Below, one piece after another: positions 40,747-51,399 of a stretch of 64,000 bases of DNA. The stretch's first letter is position 1; the number at the start of each line of letters is the position of its first letter. This DNA comes from an uncultured Fibrobacterota bacterium. Lineage in GTDB: Bacteria > Fibrobacterota > Chitinivibrionia > Chitinivibrionales > FEN-1185. The position numbers and the translations under genes were made by a program. The notes beneath the pieces were generated by a model. It did not search any database and was not told where the DNA came from. It saw only the letters and a list, made by a program, of their open reading frames with translations. The stretch lies in NCBI GenBank assembly GCA_963753345.1, contig CAVWBU010000047.1, positions 128,001 to 192,000 on the forward strand. The letters run 5' to 3'.

Positions 40747-41463
40747 TCACTCGAGGGACGCAAGAATTTTCTCCGCAGCATCCGCAGGATTCTTGTCCTC
40801 AGTAACCGCACGGCCTATGACGAGGAGGGTCGCACCGTTTTGCAGTGCCTCCTTCGGCGTCGTCACGCGCTTTTGATCGTGAGGGTCGCCGTGTTTGAGC
40901 CTGATTCCGGGAGTGACGATTTCGAAACCATCGGGCAGTAGCGGCTTTACGTGCGGGAGGTCTGCGGCAGAGCACACGATGCCGTCGAGCAGCGCGTCAA
41001 CAGCGCGCAGGGCGAGGATTTTGATGTGCTGCTCAAGGGCAACCGAAACGTTAAGCTCGTTGAGGAGGGCAGAGGCGTCAATACTGGTAAGCAGGGTGAC
41101 GCCAATTATTTTTGTTGGCGCAAGTCCTTCGCTGTTTGCTTCGCGCGCGGCAGAGCAGGCGGCCTTCATCATTTCTGATCCGCCTTGAGCGTGGACCGTC
41201 ATAAAATGCACGCCGAGGCGTGACGCAGCGAGAACCGCGTTTGCAACAGTATGCGGAATATCGTGAAATTTTAGATCGAGAAATACTTTGCGCCCCGATT
41301 CGAAGACGCAGTCGAGTATGGACGGACCAAACCGGGTGTAAAGTTCGAGTCCGACCTTAAAGGTCCCAAAACAATGCTTTGTCTGGGCAACGAGCGACTT
41401 CACGTCGGCGGGAGATCGTAAGTTGTCAAGGGCAAGGGCGAGATTTTCGGATCTGTCCTTCAT
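40747..41463 (-). CDS. pyrF: Orotidine-5'-phosphate decarboxylase
   Basis: KVGLEL, FLDLKFHDIPHTV, VTPGIR, DQKRV, VIGR. Confidence 0.97.
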   Translation of the reverse strand: MKDRSENLALALDNLRSPADVKSLVAQTKHCFGTFKVGLELYTRFGPSILDCVFESGRKVFLDLKFHDIPHTVANAVLAASRLGVHFMTVHAQGGSEMMKAACSAAREANSEGLAPTKIIGVTLLTSIDASALLNELNVSVALEQHIKILALRAVDALLDGIVCSAADLPHVKPLLPDGFEIVTPGIRLKHGDPHDQKRVTTPKEALQNGATLLVIGRAVTEDKNPADAAEKILASLE

Positions 41464-41995
41464 TCCGTAAAAATAATCAATGGCAGCGCTTTTCAAAACG
41501 GAAACAGCGGAAACTATTGGAGAAAGGGCGTTCCGGGAAGAAAGCCCCCGCTCTCGCCACGGGCGCCTTCCGCTGCGGGGGATTGCGTTGACACATGCGA
41601 TGAAGAACAAAGAGGAAAAGAAGAGCTTCGCCTCCACTCACGGCATATTTTTTGATCTCACTACTGGGAACTTGGTTGTTCGCTTGGATAGCGCGCAGAT
41701 CCGCAAAGCGGCGTGTGCTTGCTACCCAAAGCAGAATTCCCCGTAAAATGGTGTTAGTTCAAAAAATTATGGATCACGCGAGCAAGACGAAGCTCAACGG
41801 AGAATATAATCAATATTTTCAAAAAAAGATCACTTTTGAATGAAATAGTTTTAGAAAATCGGCTCTTATATCCTTAATAGAGGAAGCCGCCGGCACATTG
41901 ACGGTGTGCAGGCTTGACGTTAGTTGTTTTGCAAATGGGGGAGGATTAGGTATATTATGTTTTCATATGTATTACCAAGAGACAAAGAGGCACCG

Positions 41996-43363
41996 GTGAG
42001 CAGTTTTCTTGTTGATGGCGGATTTTCCCTCAAGGGAAGCATTGCGACCTCGGGGAACAAAAATGAAGCATTGCCGGTCATCGTCGCAGCGATGGCATGC
42101 GGGGAAACGGTGACGCTGTGTAATGTTCCGGACATCGGAGACGTGCGCAACATGTTATCGATTGCGGCGCATCTTGGCGCGCACGTATCGGCATTGCGGG
42201 ATGGAAAGGTAGTCATTTGCGTTCCCGACGCCCCGGCCTCCGAGCTGCCTCTTGCAATGTCAAGCACAATCCGTGGCTCGATTCTGTTTGCCTCGGCGCT
42301 CCTCGTGAGAACGGGAAAGGCCGTGATACCACAGCCCGGTGGGGACTCAATTGGAAGAAGAAGGCTCGATACGCATTTTCTGGTCTTCCGGGCGCTGGGC
42401 GCGACCCTTACGATACGCCATGCCCATCCTCGGCAACCGTCATCCTCCGTGCTTTACATTCTGGAGGCCCGGAAAGGGCTGCGCGGGGCCGAGATATGCC
42501 TCGATGAAGCCTCGGTTACGGCCACCGAGAATGCAATCATTGCGGCCGCCGGAGCGAAGGGAAAAACAACCATTGTCAACGCAGCGTCGGAACCGCATGT
42601 GCAGGGATTGTGCAGGTTTCTTATGGCCGCCGGCGTGCGCATCGAGGGGGTCGGTTCCAATGTCCTCGCCGTCCATGGGGCCGCAAGATTCAATGCCGTG
42701 CGCCATTCAATTGGAAGCGATTACATCGAAGCAGGCTCTTTTGTCGGACTTGCGGCGGCAACGCGCTCGGAATTGACAATCACGAATGTGGATATACAGC
42801 ACATGAAGATGATCCTCTTCCAATATGCACGGCTCGGCGTGCGCGCGGAGGCGGACAGCCGGCGGCGATCGCTGCTGGTGCCCCGGCGCCAGGCCATGCG
42901 CACGCGGGAAGATCTCGGCGGCGCCATACCCAAGATCGATGACAATGTCTGGCCGGCCTTTCCTGCGGATTTGATGTCTATTATGATCGTTGTTGCCACC
43001 CAAGCAAAGGGAACAACGCTTCTCCACGAGAAGATGTTCGAATCACGACTGTTTTTTGTTGACAAATTGATAGCCATGGGCGCCCACATTGTTCTGTGCG
43101 ACCCGCATCGGGCGGTGGTGACGGGCCCCTCGGCACTTGTGGGATCGACCATATCCTCGCCCGATATACGCGCGGGCATGGCACTTCTCATTGCGGCATG
43201 CGCGGCGGGAGGTGCCAGCCGGATCCACAACATCGAGCAGATTGACAGAGGATACGAGCGCATCGACGCAAGGCTTGCCGCTCTGGGCGCGCATATTACC
43301 CGGACCCCGGACCGCCGCACAGGCGGTTTGACGCCCGGGAAGCCGCAGGTAGCAGGCTCATGA
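41996..43363 (+). CDS. murA: UDP-N-acetylglucosamine 1-carboxyvinyltransferase
   Basis: SGNKN, PGGDSIGRR, SVTATEN, MFESR, DIRAG, IDRGYE. Confidence 0.96.
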   Translation: MSSFLVDGGFSLKGSIATSGNKNEALPVIVAAMACGETVTLCNVPDIGDVRNMLSIAAHLGAHVSALRDGKVVICVPDAPASELPLAMSSTIRGSILFASALLVRTGKAVIPQPGGDSIGRRRLDTHFLVFRALGATLTIRHAHPRQPSSSVLYILEARKGLRGAEICLDEASVTATENAIIAAAGAKGKTTIVNAASEPHVQGLCRFLMAAGVRIEGVGSNVLAVHGAARFNAVRHSIGSDYIEAGSFVGLAAATRSELTITNVDIQHMKMILFQYARLGVRAEADSRRRSLLVPRRQAMRTREDLGGAIPKIDDNVWPAFPADLMSIMIVVATQAKGTTLLHEKMFESRLFFVDKLIAMGAHIVLCDPHRAVVTGPSALVGSTISSPDIRAGMALLIAACAAGGASRIHNIEQIDRGYERIDARLAALGAHITRTPDRRTGGLTPGKPQVAGS

Positions 43364-43923
43364 GGCTTCGCGAGGTCGCTATTGCGGGCGTTGTTCTTGT
43401 TGTCGCATGCGCAGCACCTATCAAACAATTCTATCCCGGAACGTTTTTTCCCGCAGAGCGCACCTACCAGAACAAACCTATCGGGTTTTCCCTGACCTAC
43501 AAGGGGAGTTGGGAGCTGACGACAAACCCAAATGAAATGAGGGAAAACAGGGCCTTCGCCCAGGAACTCCATAAAACGGGCGTTGAACTGCTTTTTGTCG
43601 GTTTTACCGCGGAAAAGACCCAGGGAACGCGCTGTATCGCGAGCAACACAAACGAAGCAACCAGGGAATATGCGGAACAGATTCATCGCCTCAACAAGGA
43701 ACAAATCGAAAGCGACAGCGGGCTTGCGGACGATACGGTGCATACAGTCCCCATGGTGCGATGGGAGTACTCGAAGAACGAAATTCAGTTTGTTGAATTC
43801 TTTTTTGCGGTTGACACCTACAACATGCGGATTGCGTTCTGGACCACACCGCTCTTGTACGGAAAATTCTATCCGGTTTACCGAGAGATCCTGGGAACGC
43901 TGCAATTGACAGACCGGTATTAA
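43360..43923 (+). CDS. Lipoprotein of unknown function
   Basis: Lipobox VVAC; 4-bp overlap with murA stop. Confidence 0.7.
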   Translation: MRLREVAIAGVVLVVACAAPIKQFYPGTFFPAERTYQNKPIGFSLTYKGSWELTTNPNEMRENRAFAQELHKTGVELLFVGFTAEKTQGTRCIASNTNEATREYAEQIHRLNKEQIESDSGLADDTVHTVPMVRWEYSKNEIQFVEFFFAVDTYNMRIAFWTTPLLYGKFYPVYREILGTLQLTDRY

Positions 43924-43966
43924 TCCGGAGATGCCTGCAACAGGAGGCGTCTGAGGAGGACGGACA

Positions 43967-46713
43967 ATGATAGTCAATAACCTTCGGCTTCTCCTCGAGA
44001 AGCTTGACGAAAGCTGCACGAAAACGCTCGAATCGTCCATCGGGATGTGCGTGAACAGGGGACACTACGAGGTCCGATGGGAGCATCTGCTTGCCGAATT
44101 CCTCGACGATCCGCAGGGCGATGTGGCGGCGATCTTGGAGCGGTTCAAGGTTGACGCCGCCGCGCTCAGAAAGGCGCTCAATCGGGAGCTCGAAAACCTT
44201 CAAAGCGGCAACAGCGGCAGGCCGTCGTTTTCACCGCCGCTTATCGAGGCTTTTGAGCATGCGTGGAGCATTGGCACCTTGTGCTATGCGCTATCCTCGA
44301 TAACGCCGGGCACGTTGTTTGTTGCAATGCTGGAAAAAGGACAATTCTCATCAACGGCCTACGGTGATTTGCTTAAACCGGTGAACCTCGAAACGCTCAG
44401 GAACGAATTTCTTTCCATTGTCAAGCCGTCAACGGCACAAACCGCGGGAACGGCCCGTCGCAGAACGGCCCGCAGGTTCCGGCTCACCCGGAGGGGCGCA
44501 CGATACGCTCAGGCAGTTCTGCACAAATTTCACGGAGGAAGCAAGGGCGGGAAAGATAGACCCGGTTCTCGGCCGCGACGACGAAATTCGCCAGGCAATG
44601 GACATCCTCAACCGCAGGAGGAAGAACAACCCCATTCTCGTCGGAGAAGCAGGCGTCGGCAAAACCGCGATCGTGGAGGGTATAGCGCTGCGCATTGCAA
44701 CCGGCGACGTTCCGGCCAATCTGGTGAACGTCGACGTGTGGGGACTCGACCTGGGGCTTCTTCAGGCCGGCGCATCCGTAAAGGGAGAATTCGAAAAGCG
44801 GCTCAAGAGCGTCATCGACGCGGTGAGGAACAATGCCGCTTCCACCATTCTCTTCATCGACGAGGCCCATACGCTGATCGGGGCTGGGGGAGCGGTCGGG
44901 CAGGGCGACGCAGCCAATCTTCTCAAGCCGGCGCTTGCCCGCGGCGACTTACGCGCGTGTGCCGCCACCACGTGGTCCGAATACCGGAAGTATTTCGAAA
45001 AAGACCCCGCCTTAGCACGAAGGTTCCAGCTTGTAAAGGTGGAGGAACCGGACGAAGAAACTTGCGCCGTGATGCTTCGAGGCGCAGCGGACGGCTTTGA
45101 GAAGCATCACGGCGTGCACATTACCCAGGCAGGTCTCGATGCGGCCGTGACCCTTTCGCACCGGTATATCTCCGGCAGGCAACTGCCCGACAAGGCCGTC
45201 GACGTGCTTGACACCGCCTGCGCCCGCGTGAAAATGAGCCAGAGCGTGAAGCCGGCATCGCTTGACAACGCGGAACGTTCGCTGCGCAACGCGGAGCTGG
45301 AGAAGGCGAAGCTGGAGCGGGACCGGGATGCCGGGCTGCCCGTTGCCGCCGAACAGATTGACGATTGCGATAAGCGCGTTGCTTCAAAACGGGCGGAGAT
45401 TTCGAGCGTGGCGGAACAGTGGGACAAGGAGAAGACTCATGGAGAAAAGATCCGACAGCTGCATGACACGTTGCTATCACTGCGGAAAAGCAATGCAGGG
45501 GTCGCCGAGGTCTCAAACGAGCTTGCGGCAATGAAGAGCGAACTTGAGGCGCTTGCCGCGATTCAGGGGGACAATCCCCTTGTGTTCCCGAATGTCTCTG
45601 CCGGCGTGTGCGGCCGGGTGGTTTCCGACTGGACAGGCATTCCGGTTGGGTCAATGGTGAAAGACGAAGCAGAGACGCTGCTTGCGCTTGAAACCAGGCT
45701 GGGAGAAAGGATTATCGGTCAGGACGGCGCGCTCGCCGCTCTCGCGAGCAGGATCCGCGCCTCGAAGACGGGCATGGGCAATCCCGATGCGCCCATCGGT
45801 GTTTTTCTGTTCACCGGCCCGTCGGGCGTTGGAAAGACCGAATGCGCGCGTGCGCTCGCCGACATCCTTTTCGGTGGTGAGAAATTCATCACCACGATCA
45901 ACATGTCGGAATACCAGGAAAAGCACACGGTCTCCCAGCTCAAGGGCTCGCCTCCGGGGTATGTGGGCTACGGCGAAGGCGGCGTTCTCACCGAAGCCGT
46001 GCGCCAGAAACCGTATTCAATCGTTCTTCTTGACGAAGTCGAAAAAGCCCACATTGAGGTAATGAACCTTTTCTATCAGGTTTTTGATAAAGGTTTCATG
46101 CGGGACGGCGAAGGCCGCGAAATAAACTTCAGAAACACCATCATCATCATGACCTCGAACCTTGCATCCGAGACCATCGTGGAACTGTGCACCCGGAAAC
46201 AGGCACGGCAGCCGACCGCAGAGGAGATCATTGCCGCCGTCAGGCCGGAGCTATCGGCCCATTTTCAGCCGGCTCTGCTTGCGCGATGCACCATTGTGCC
46301 GTTCAGGCCGCTTGACAAAGAAGTAATGAAGGGCGTTGTGGCGATGAAACTCGACGTCGTTGCGCAGCGTCTCAGGCGGGTTCATGGGATCACCCTCTCG
46401 ATTTCTCCTTCGCTGGTCGACACGATTGCGGAGAGCTGCACCGCCATCGAGGCGGGGGCGCGCAATGCCGACGCAGTGATCGACGGCGCCCTCCTGCCGG
46501 GCATTTCACGGCGGCTGCTCAGCGCACATGGGCAAGGAGAACAGGGCGTACACCCGGCTCCATGTCGCGCCCATGCAAGCGGGGGAGTTTGAGATTGTGT
46601 TTCTGGAGGAAGGGGATGCCGAACCCGGAGACACAAAGAGCACGAAACGGAAAAGAAAGCAAAAGAAGGGGCAATCCGACGTGGAGCATCAGGATCAGCG
46701 ACAAGGCACTTGA
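43967..46713 (+). CDS. tssH: Type VI secretion ATPase TssH/ClpV, two apparent frameshifts (~44447, ~46525)
   Basis: ClpV-type N-terminus (CVNRGHYEVRWEH), RRRKNNPILVGEAGVGKTA, AGASVKGEFE, ATTWSEY, GPSGVGKTE, NMSEYQEKHTVS; three frames join into one protein. Confidence 0.85.
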
Positions 46714-46853
46714 CTTTCAGTGGTCACAACGGATTCGCGGTGGATATGGAATCCTTCCTGCAGCCGTCACTTACCCTGTTTCATACGTTTTAGGTGGGAT
46801 AAAAAAGGGACGCCCGGTTCGGTGTTCCTGCGTCGAGAGAAATCGTTACTGGC

Positions 46854-47603
46854 TCACGCCAATGGGGTTTCCTGCTTTTTCTCGAGGGGTTCTTCTCGCC
46901 ACACGAAAATCGCGCCGCAGCTCTGGCAGGTGAGGAGCTTTGTTCCCCTGCGGATTTCGTTGATAAGCTGCGTTTCAAGAACCTTGAAGCACGAGGAACA
47001 AGTCTGGTTGTCGATGCCGACAAAGCTGAGCACGCGCGCGTTCTTCCGGCGAGAGAGAATATGATCATAGGTTCTGAGAAGCGACTTCGGAATGCCGGCG
47101 GCAATGGCCGATCGTTCCTGTCTGAGGGTTGCCACGGAAGAATCTATGGATGCCACTTTCGTCTTGAGGTCGGCAATTCTTGGTTCACTCTCTGTCTTGA
47201 CCTTCTCGAGATCGTCCTTTTTTGCTTCGAGCGATTGCGTAACCTTGTCCGCTTCGGCCATAAGGGTTCTCATCCGCGTGTCGGCGCCGGCAATGGTGCT
47301 CTTGAAGTTTTCGATCTCGGCGTGAACCGCGTCGTATTCCCGGTTGGTCTTTATTGAATTGAGCCGTTCCTGGCTTTTGTCAAGGGCAGTCTTCGCGTCC
47401 GCGACCTTCTCTTCAAAGGACCTCTTTTCCGCTGCATTTGCGTCCAGTTGGCTGTCGGCGCCGTCAACGGCTTTCTGCGCGTCCGCAATTGCCCGCTCCA
47501 GTTCCGCAAGTGATTTTGGCAGGCTGCTCTGGGATTGAATAAGGTCGTGTATGCGGAGATCGATTGTCTGAAGCTGTACCAGCAGTTCCAAATCCCGTAT
47601 CAT
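46854..47603 (-). CDS. Coiled-coil/C4 zinc-ribbon protein (CdsZ/FlgZ-like)
   Basis: LQTIDLRI, KTNREY, CSSC..CQSC. Confidence 0.88.
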   Translation of the reverse strand: MIRDLELLVQLQTIDLRIHDLIQSQSSLPKSLAELERAIADAQKAVDGADSQLDANAAEKRSFEEKVADAKTALDKSQERLNSIKTNREYDAVHAEIENFKSTIAGADTRMRTLMAEADKVTQSLEAKKDDLEKVKTESEPRIADLKTKVASIDSSVATLRQERSAIAAGIPKSLLRTYDHILSRRKNARVLSFVGIDNQTCSSCFKVLETQLINEIRRGTKLLTCQSCGAIFVWREEPLEKKQETPLA

Positions 47604-47681
47604 TTCGCCTCCGGTGGCCGCAGAAGATTAAAGCATAGCGATAGTGGCGCACGTTCGGGAAAAGACCCGGCACACGAAAAC

Positions 47682-47712
47682 AAAAAAGCACCTCTGTCTG
47701 AGAAGTGCCTTT
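47682..47712 (-). terminator. Intrinsic terminator downstream of tRNA-Ile2
   Basis: Minus strand GGCACTTCT..AGAGGTGCTTTTTT. Confidence 0.65.
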
Positions 47713-47809
47713 GTGATTGTCGTTCGGCCTTATGAATCGCTGCGCCGAAAGTGAGAAACAACAGTATCCGCTCGCGCATGTCAAATTCCGGTTTTCTATG
47801 GAAAAGAAG

Positions 47810-47886
47810 TGGTGGGCCCACTAGGACTCGAACCTAGGACTAACGGATTATGAGTCCGCTACTCTAACCAACTGAGTTACGGGCCC
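47810..47886 (-). tRNA. tRNA with CAT anticodon, probably tRNA-Ile2 (lysidine)
   Basis: GGGCCCG acceptor, anticodon loop CTCATAA, encoded ACCA; lacks fMet features. Confidence 0.88.
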
Positions 47887-48011
47887 TCAAGGGTGTCCCA
47901 AATATAATTCCTTGCCCACAAATTCTACAAGGAGAGATGGAAGATTTCCGGCGACAATCGCGGTGCGTACCAGCTTGCCTCCGCGGCGCGGAGAACGGGA
48001 GAAAATCGCGG

Positions 48012-49013
48012 CTACCTGCAACAAGCCGCCAGAAGCGTTTCGCCGTCAACACAGGCCGTACCCAATTCCGCAACAGTAATGCCTGCCGCATGGTTGGCAA
48101 GAAATGCCGCCTCGATCGGCCTGGCTTTTGCGGTTATCGCCGCAGAGTAAACGCTGATGACCGTGTCGCCGGCGCCGGTGACGTCGAAGACATTCTGTGC
48201 CACGGTGGGAAGATGGGAATACGTGTGAGCGGTCCGATCGAAAAGGGCCATGCCCCGTTCACTAAGCGTTATAAGCAGATACGGCAAGTTAAGCTTCCGC
48301 ACGATGGCCCACCCAAGCTTCTCGATGTCTTTGTCGTCAACCGTTGCGTACGGAAGGCCGAGAGCGGCGTGCGCCTCCTTGAGATTGGGCGTAATGACGC
48401 TTACTCCTTTGTAAAGGTCGAAATGGCGTTGCTTCGGGTCGACCGCAACAAAAAGGCGCTTGTTCCTGCAAGCGTCAAGAATACGCGAAAGAAGGGGCTT
48501 TGAGACGACACCCTTTGAATAGTCGGAAATGATGACTCCTTCCACCTTGGAAAGGAGCGAGGAACATTTTTCCCACAAAGCCTCTGTTTCGTCGCTGGTC
48601 AGATCACTCGCGGTTTCGCTGTCGACACGCACTATTTGCTGATGCCGCGCCATGATTCTTGTTTTCACCGTGCTCGGCCGGTGAGGAGATACAATCAACC
48701 CGTCTGCCGAACAGCCCGATTGGGCAACTCTTTCCCTGAGGTTTTTTCCGTTTTCGTCGTCGCCGCACAGCGAAACAAGGTGTGGGGTGACGCGAAGCGA
48801 CTTGAGGTTCTGAACCACGTTGGCGGCTCCTCCGAGCCGGAACGAACGCGATTGTACGTGAACCACCGGCACCGGCGCTTCAGGAGAAATCCGGTCGACA
48901 TCTCCCCAGACGTATTCGTCGAGCATGGAATCGCCGACAACCATGATTGACGAATGTGAAAAGCCGTTTACTATCTCTCTGAGGCGTGCCTTTGAGACAT
49001 GCGGGACGGGCAT
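48012..49013 (-). CDS. rfaE1: D-glycero-D-manno-heptose-7-phosphate kinase (HldE kinase domain)
   Basis: RISPEAPVPV, GGAANV, SDYSKG, DVTGAGDT. Confidence 0.93.
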   Translation of the reverse strand: MPVPHVSKARLREIVNGFSHSSIMVVGDSMLDEYVWGDVDRISPEAPVPVVHVQSRSFRLGGAANVVQNLKSLRVTPHLVSLCGDDENGKNLRERVAQSGCSADGLIVSPHRPSTVKTRIMARHQQIVRVDSETASDLTSDETEALWEKCSSLLSKVEGVIISDYSKGVVSKPLLSRILDACRNKRLFVAVDPKQRHFDLYKGVSVITPNLKEAHAALGLPYATVDDKDIEKLGWAIVRKLNLPYLLITLSERGMALFDRTAHTYSHLPTVAQNVFDVTGAGDTVISVYSAAITAKARPIEAAFLANHAAGITVAELGTACVDGETLLAACCR

Positions 49014-49016
49014 GGG

Positions 49017-49676
49017 TCACATCCTTCCGCCGAAAATGATGGAATGCCAGAAAGAGGCATAGGGCACGTACAGCGGGTTAAGGACAAGAGACAAAGCCTT
49101 AACCGGGGTTGCCCATTCAATAACAATCAAGACGAAGAAAACTACGGGTATATATCGCATGAGTCTGAAATAGCTTTCTATTCTTGACCGCGGGAGAAAG
49201 CTCAGGAGGATGTTTGAACCGTCCAGAGGAGGTATTGGGAGAAGATTGAAAAAGGAAAGCCCAACATTTATCTGATACGCAATTGTTAGAATAGGGAATA
49301 CATACTCCGGCCACGGGACGCGGATCATGTTGATTATTAACAGCTGTAAGATAATTCCTATTGCTCCAGCGCAAAGAATATTTGATAATGGTCCGGCAAC
49401 ACCGACCAGAGCAATGTCGCGGCCGGGATTCTTAAGGTTGCGGAAGTCCACGGGAACTGGTTTTGCCCAACCGAAAGGGCCGAAACACAGCATGAGCGTG
49501 CCGATCGGATCGAGATGGGCAACGGGGTTAAGTGAGAGCCTTCCTGCCTGCTTTGCGGTTTTGTCGCCTCGCCACAGTGCAACGAGACCGTGAGCATATT
49601 CGTGGATGGTTATGCCGAACAGGATGCCCGGAGCACGAAGCAGCAGATTCTGAACGAAGGATTGAACGTCGGGCAT
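49017..49676 (-). CDS. Site-2 protease (M50)
   Basis: HEYAH, GWAKPVP, FNLLPIPPLDG. Confidence 0.93.
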   Translation of the reverse strand: MPDVQSFVQNLLLRAPGILFGITIHEYAHGLVALWRGDKTAKQAGRLSLNPVAHLDPIGTLMLCFGPFGWAKPVPVDFRNLKNPGRDIALVGVAGPLSNILCAGAIGIILQLLIINMIRVPWPEYVFPILTIAYQINVGLSFFNLLPIPPLDGSNILLSFLPRSRIESYFRLMRYIPVVFFVLIVIEWATPVKALSLVLNPLYVPYASFWHSIIFGGRM

Positions 49677-49768
49677 GGTTCCTCAGAAAAACGGGTCAAC
49701 CCTGAAAATACTTCCTTCCAATTAGAGAACCCCGCTGCGAGTGTCTGAGCATGCACGGACTGTAATAT

Positions 49769-51019
49769 TTAATTGCGTTTAAGGCGGGACATATCCACGT
49801 CCGATTCCCTGAGCATTTCTCCGACCGTGACAAAACGGTAGCCTGCGGCCTGCAAAGTATCGATAAGCCTGCCGAGAACATGATGAACCTGTTCCTCCTT
49901 CTGCAGACGAGCGGAATTGAGATGCATGAGAATGATGCCGCCGTTAATTCCGGAGCCCCCGCTGTGGGCAAGGCCGACAATCTTTTCGAACACCTGCTGA
50001 GGCGAATGATAACCCGGTGTTTCTTCGTCGGGCGTCCAGTCGTTGCTGTCAAGACCGAGCCGCCAGGTTTTTCCCTGTCGCCACCCGACGTGGAGAAACC
50101 CCGCATGTCGGGCCCACAGGCAGATTTCGCGATTGTATTCGCCGAACGGGGCTCTCCACAAAGGAGCAAGCCGCACGCCAAATACGGAGCGAAATAAAGA
50201 ATCTGTCTTGACAAGTTCATTGCGGAGAAATTCCTCCGATACTGTCGGCAGTATGGTTTGCGTATGATCCTGTGCGTAGGTCGTGAGGCGGGGGTGCGAA
50301 AAGGTGTGATTGCCGATTTCATGACCTTCGAATATGATACGTCGCACCACATCGGCGTTGCGCCTGATAAACTTGCCCGACAAGAACATGGTTGCCCTGA
50401 TATTCCTCGATTTCAGCGTATCAAGAATGTCCTCAGCGGTATTTGCCTGATCATTTCCATCGAACGTGAGAGACACAAGACGTTTCTGAGCAGTGCCATT
50501 GTCAAATGAAACAGGCAGGCCATCAATGACAGCCGGAACAGGGGGCTCCGCGTGGACGACACATGCGTTCCTCCCGTTCCGTGACGACACATTCGTTGTG
50601 ACGGCAAGCGAGTCGATGCGGTTGCGCAAGTCCGCAATTTCCTTGTTTCGCTCCTTTATCTGTGCAAGAAGTTCTATTCGTTTTTCCTTCAATAGTTTGT
50701 TTTGTTCGGAAAGGCTTTGTACCCGGATCATGGACCATATGCCGAAGAAAAGGGTGCACAAAGCAAATGCAGCCGCAAAAAGAGCAAAAACTGATTGAAC
50801 GGTTGGGTGTGTATGTTTGCCTTGCAGCGGTGTTGATGTCGCGGGTTGAGGCTTCTTCTGCAATGCATTCCAAGAGTAATGGGCTTGGCGAAAGACTTTA
50901 ACAGCACCTTTCGCGCAATCCCAGGACTTGCAAACCAACCCCCATCCGCCCACCACAGCCCTTTGGCAATGACGGCACCACGGGAGAAATCCCTTTTTCC
51001 AGTCTGGCATAGGAACCAA
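49769..51019 (-). CDS. Membrane-anchored polysaccharide deacetylase (CE4)
   Basis: TM plus coiled coil; LTFDG, GNHTFSH, RAPFG, ILMH; start uncertain. Confidence 0.88.
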   Translation of the reverse strand: MVPMPDWKKGFLPWCRHCQRAVVGGWGLVCKSWDCAKGAVKVFRQAHYSWNALQKKPQPATSTPLQGKHTHPTVQSVFALFAAAFALCTLFFGIWSMIRVQSLSEQNKLLKEKRIELLAQIKERNKEIADLRNRIDSLAVTTNVSSRNGRNACVVHAEPPVPAVIDGLPVSFDNGTAQKRLVSLTFDGNDQANTAEDILDTLKSRNIRATMFLSGKFIRRNADVVRRIIFEGHEIGNHTFSHPRLTTYAQDHTQTILPTVSEEFLRNELVKTDSLFRSVFGVRLAPLWRAPFGEYNREICLWARHAGFLHVGWRQGKTWRLGLDSNDWTPDEETPGYHSPQQVFEKIVGLAHSGGSGINGGIILMHLNSARLQKEEQVHHVLGRLIDTLQAAGYRFVTVGEMLRESDVDMSRLKRN

Positions 51020-51103
51020 AATACAAGGTTGCTGGTTCGATTGAATAGCACAGCCCGCGCATTGTCACTTCGTTGCCTAAGGTGTTGTAGTTGCGCTTCG
51101 CGC

Positions 51104-51257
51104 AAATAGTATGTCGTTTGCCTTTTCCCCGCGAGTTCGCTTGCGCGGCTACTCCTGTAGTATGTATGCAGGCGTAGTCGTGGTGGCGCGGGGATAGCGG
51201 GTATTCTATTTCCTTAGCTATGGAAGAACCCCCGCCACTTGGGGCGGGGTTCTTCAA
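51104..51257 (-). mobile_element. Non-autonomous IS200/IS605-like element, copy 2, with nested hairpin insert
   Basis: Shares TATTCTATTTCCTTAGCTATGG..CCCCGCCACTTGGGGCGGGG with 34391-34508. Confidence 0.6.
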
Positions 51258-51399
51258 TCACGATCGGGAGCCCCCCAAAACATTTCTGCAAAGGACGTTG
51301 CGGAATCACAAATGAGCGCTCTTCCAAGAATACACTTGAACGTTACCGGCAACCGCTATTATCTTTACATTGGATCTGTCCAAACATCGAAACACAGTT

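Noticed and set aside
41464-41637. Extended pyrF N-terminus
   Set aside because: Homology starts at MKDRSENLALALD; the upstream part looks like intergenic sequence
43360-43923. Lipoprotein as T6SS TssJ
   Set aside because: No TssJ-like motifs recognised; adjacency to tssH alone is insufficient
47810-47886. tRNA-fMet call
   Set aside because: Paired G1-C72 and no three G-C anticodon-stem pairs; overall resemblance to Ile2 (elongator Met not fully excluded)
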